Source of the DNA: Candidatus Methylomirabilota bacterium
Lineage (GTDB): Bacteria > Methylomirabilota > Methylomirabilia > Rokubacteriales > CSP1-6
Assembly: GCA_035649755.1 (NCBI GenBank)
Contig: DASRIY010000377.1
Location: 1 to 61,573, forward strand
DNA length: 61,573 nt
Reading direction: 5' to 3'
A program made the position numbers and the translations under genes. Each line of letters opens with the position of its first letter. Position 1 is the first letter of the stretch. The notes beneath the pieces are model-generated. The model worked only from the letters and a program-made list of their open reading frames with translations, had not been told where the DNA came from and did not search any database. Of the stretch, positions 59,160-61,573 are shown piece by piece.

Positions 59160-59733
59160 TTACCGCGGGAAGCCGCCAGCCTCCATGACGCGCGTCGCCT
59201 GAACGAAGTGGTTCTGCTCGTGCACGACGATGATGCGGCAGGCGTCCAACAGCCTGTACGTGATGATGCGCGCCACCGGCGACGTGATCGTGATCGCCTC
59301 GAGATCAAGTCCACGGCTCGCTTCCATGAGGCGCAGCAGTCGTTCCTGCTGCGCGAGAAAGGTCGTCATGACGGCGGGATCGATGTGGCTGCTCGAAGGG
59401 TAGAAGGCCGGCCGTGCCTTCACCTTGCGTCCCGAGTCGGGGCGGAGTGCGTCGATGATCAGCCCGCCAAAAACGCCGGGTAGCAATGGCACCCGCTCCC
59501 AGAGTCGACGGCGCCGGCCGGCCTGCCAGAATTTCCTCGAAGATAGGCTCGAACGGTCGATTCGAGACGATCAGGTGGTCGAAGCACTGCCCGATGCTCC
59601 ACTCGTTCTCACCCGGCTTCCAGTTCACCTGCTTGCCGGAAAGCCGGCCGAATACCCGCTTCGTCTCCGCGGCAACGAGGGAAGCTTCCGCCAGGATGGT
59701 CGCGAGGTCACTGTCCCGGAGGTCGTAGTTCAT
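59160..59733 (-). pseudogene. DinB-family protein split by a frameshift near 59490-59520
   Basis: The N-terminal part (ORF 59305..59733: ...NWKPGENEWSIGQCFDHLIVSNRPFEPIFEEILAG) and the C-terminal part (ORF 59160..59492: PLLPGVFGGLIIDALRP...IIVVHEQNHFVQATRVME) are consecutive pieces of one DinB_2-like protein in different frames. The junction is in a ggccggccggcgccg run. Confidence 0.55.
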
Positions 59734-59783
59734 ACTCTTGGTTAGATGTCCGAATGATCGCGCAGGACTCGGAGGGACCAGTC

Positions 59784-60158
59784 ATGCCTACCGTCAACGT
59801 CCGCTACATGGTCGACGACGTCGACGCAGCCGTGGCCTTCTATACGGCTCAGCTCGGCTTCAAGCTCATTTCCAAGACGCTTCCGGCCTTCGCCGACGTC
59901 GCCCTTGGCGACTTGCGGCTGCTGCTGAGCGGGCCGGCCAGCTCGGCCGGGCGACCGATGCCCGACGGGCGCCGGCCTGCCCCGGGCGGCTGGAACCGCA
60001 TTCACCTCATCGTCGAAGACCTCCCGTCCCAGGTGGAGCAACTCCGCAACGCTGGGGTACGTTTCCGTAGCGACATCATCACGGGACCGGGCGGGGCACA
60101 GATCGTGCTCGACGACCCGTCCGGCAATCCGATCGAGTTGTTCCAGCCTCGGAAGTAG
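59784..60158 (+). CDS. VOC family protein (glyoxalase/bleomycin-resistance fold)
   Basis: VRYMVDDVDAAVAFYTAQLGF...IHLIVEDL...GPGGAQIVLDDPSGNPIELFQP. Confidence 0.8.
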   Translation: MPTVNVRYMVDDVDAAVAFYTAQLGFKLISKTLPAFADVALGDLRLLLSGPASSAGRPMPDGRRPAPGGWNRIHLIVEDLPSQVEQLRNAGVRFRSDIITGPGGAQIVLDDPSGNPIELFQPRK

Positions 60159-60326
60159 AGCGCCCGGCCACTGCGCGCCCGCCGAGGCCGCGGTAGGAAA
60201 AGACTGGCTCAGCGGGGTAGCGAGCGCGGCGACCAGCGCACGCCCTTCTCGCCGCATCGATCCGGTGAAGCGCTGCCACTGTCAAGAAATTCGCACCAGT
60301 CCGCTCAGTCGCAGTAGATTAACGGG

Positions 60327-61151
60327 GTGGCGTGTATTCTTAGTCTGTCTACGCCCCACGTTTTGATCCAGGTCACCGACCGTCGTCTCACCTGGCCCGA
60401 CGGACAGGTGTTCAACGACTACACCAACAAGGTGACCATCTTCAATGGGCGCATGGCGGTCTCCTACGCCGGATTGTCCAAAGTCCTTGGGCAGAAGACC
60501 GACGAGTGGCTCGCTCAGACATTAGCCAATCCGACGATCCGAACCCTGGCGGATGCGGTGTATACGCTCAAGGATCGGGCGACCGCCGCGTTCCGCGACT
60601 GGGCGCGGCCGGCCGAAGAAAAGGCGCGTCACCATCTCATGTTCGGCGCCATCGCCTGGGCGCGTCCGCCGGGCCGAAAAAGTTCGCGGGTATTCTTCTG
60701 CTTCGTATCGAACTGCCATGACGAACACGGAGTACTGCAGGCTGACGCGCGTGCTGACTTTCGCGTGCACCACAGAATCCTCGAGCCGGGGGATTTTCAC
60801 GGTTTTTCCAATATTGGAGCAGCGCTCTCGATTGAAGAACGTCACCGCCTCAAAGAGAGGACGCGCAGGGCGACGACGCTCGATGACCTCACCGCCGGTC
60901 TCGTAGAGGCGGTTCGAGAAGTGGCAGCGCGAGACGGTACCGTGAGCAAGAACGTTCTGGCGGTGACAATCCCACGGGCCGTGGTAGAGCGAGAATGGCG
61001 CGACGTGATGCTGCTGGCCGGCCCTCCTCTGACACTCGACGCGCTAGGTTCCGTATACTTCCCGGAGAACTCGCAGGCCCCGATTCAGTACCGCCCACAC
61101 TTTGTCTATGCTGGAAGCGGGGTATCTGGCGCCCAGGCGGGGCCGCTGTGA
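60327..61151 (+). CDS. Hypothetical protein, lower GC than its surroundings, with a possible Ntn-hydrolase/proteasome-beta-like N-terminal pattern
   Basis: GTG start. MACILSLSTPHVLIQVTDRRLT...NKVTIFNGRMAVSYAGLS... My hand count of its first 100 nt gives 57 G+C, versus 73 in the first 100 nt of the window. Confidence 0.45.
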   Translation: MACILSLSTPHVLIQVTDRRLTWPDGQVFNDYTNKVTIFNGRMAVSYAGLSKVLGQKTDEWLAQTLANPTIRTLADAVYTLKDRATAAFRDWARPAEEKARHHLMFGAIAWARPPGRKSSRVFFCFVSNCHDEHGVLQADARADFRVHHRILEPGDFHGFSNIGAALSIEERHRLKERTRRATTLDDLTAGLVEAVREVAARDGTVSKNVLAVTIPRAVVEREWRDVMLLAGPPLTLDALGSVYFPENSQAPIQYRPHFVYAGSGVSGAQAGPL

Positions 61152-61202
61152 CGCGACCCGAATCGAAAGCGAGCAGTGAGGCCCCTGGACGCGAGCCAGC
61201 CG

Positions 61203-61573
61203 CTACTCCGCCAGCCACACCGTGTCGAGCTGATTGTTGAGGTAGTGGCTGGGCGTTATTGTCCAGCCACGCACGCTGGATCTGTGCGGCACGATACGGT
61301 GCCATTGGAGTGTGGAGATGTAGTGTGCCTGCTCGTCGAGGAGACGCCGTTCGAAGGCGCGAATGTATCGTCGGCGTTGCGCCGGATCAACCGTCCGACT
61401 CTGGCGCACATAGAGGTCGTCTAACACGGGATCGGTGTACCCGCCGTAGTTGGCGTCGCTTCGGCCGCGCGATTGGAACTTGTAGAGGTCCAGGTCGGGG
61501 TCGACCACGTAGCCGCACTGAAAGTCGGTGCTGAGCTCGAAGTTCCCGGTACGCAGGTCCTTGAAGTACTGGC
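61203..61573 (-). CDS. ABC substrate-binding protein family 5, C-terminal part (gene continues beyond the window)
   Basis: The frame is open from 61571 with no stop: QYFKDLRTGNFELSTDFQCGYVVDPDLDLYKF...DPVLDDLYVRQSRTVDPAQRRRYIRAFERRLLDEQAHYI, the typical SBP_bac_5 C-terminus. Confidence 0.75.
   Translation of the reverse strand, partial: QYFKDLRTGNFELSTDFQCGYVVDPDLDLYKFQSRGRSDANYGGYTDPVLDDLYVRQSRTVDPAQRRRYIRAFERRLLDEQAHYISTLQWHRIVPHRSSVRGWTITPSHYLNNQLDTVWLAE

Noticed and set aside
59160-61202. Genomic island or mobile element at the 3' end (broken DinB gene, VOC gene, lower-GC orphan gene).
   Set aside because: I could find no integrase, transposase, tRNA attachment site or flanking direct repeats. 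Only the compositional shift of one gene supports foreign origin, so I report it as a single-gene observation.

Overview
High-GC (roughly 70%) bacterial chromosomal window with about 60 protein genes. I saw no rRNA, tRNA, CRISPR array, transposase or integrase. Because of the GC content, nearly every real gene is shadowed by long spurious ORFs in other frames and on the opposite strand. I called genes from recognisable family motifs, start-codon and Shine-Dalgarno context, and stop/start overlaps, not from ORF length.

Gene content by region:
- 1-11.8 kb, minus strand: a compact dcw cell-wall/division cluster, mraZ-rsmH-ftsL-ftsI(PASTA)-murE-murF-mraY-murD-ftsW-murC-(ftsQ-like, partial). A textbook GTGGG-N5 MraZ operator and a sigma70-like promoter lie upstream. 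murG, murB and ddl are absent.
- 12-21 kb: an orphan pilin-like gene; a peptide-type ABC importer (binding protein plus two permeases, no ATPases) co-transcribed with an amidase; a DUF445 protein; adenine deaminase.
- 21-27 kb: arfB, a fused indolepyruvate:ferredoxin oxidoreductase, a secreted thermonuclease and a YacP/NYN protein.
- 27.9-32.8 kb, minus strand (the most interesting locus): a tightly coupled 7-gene RiPP-like operon. Order is S26-like peptidase, degenerate HprK-like protein, P-loop HprK-like kinase, PqqD/RRE, radical-SAM/SPASM enzyme, a 53-codon precursor ORF not listed as its own entry in the ORF track, and an NTP_transf_5 nucleotidyltransferase. The precursor has a lasso-type leader motif (YxxPxL...T at -2), a Cys/Thr-rich core and a C-terminal Ser. 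No lasso cyclase is present.
- 32.8-47.3 kb: GGT, a PNPOx-like protein, a pentaheme cytochrome c, aminopeptidase N, crcB, a trypsin-like protease fused to rhodanese and cNMP-binding domains, CoA-transferase, quinone oxidoreductase, dut and a CHASE2-adenylate cyclase-PilZ fusion.
- 47.6-51.9 kb: a TPR/beta-barrel outer-membrane protein, a TupA-like binding protein and a transglutaminase-like protein in one operon, divergent from a FecR-like protein.
- 52-61.6 kb: mostly hydrolases and lipoproteins.

A second recurring signal is a family of small Arg-rich proteins with the pattern hIVSR...VEVIxDRR...(D/E)RR...GW. It is present four times, once fused to a large membrane-anchored protein.

Two genes (a Spy/CpxP-like gene and a DinB-like gene) are split by frameshifts. 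One gene near the 3' end has visibly lower GC.
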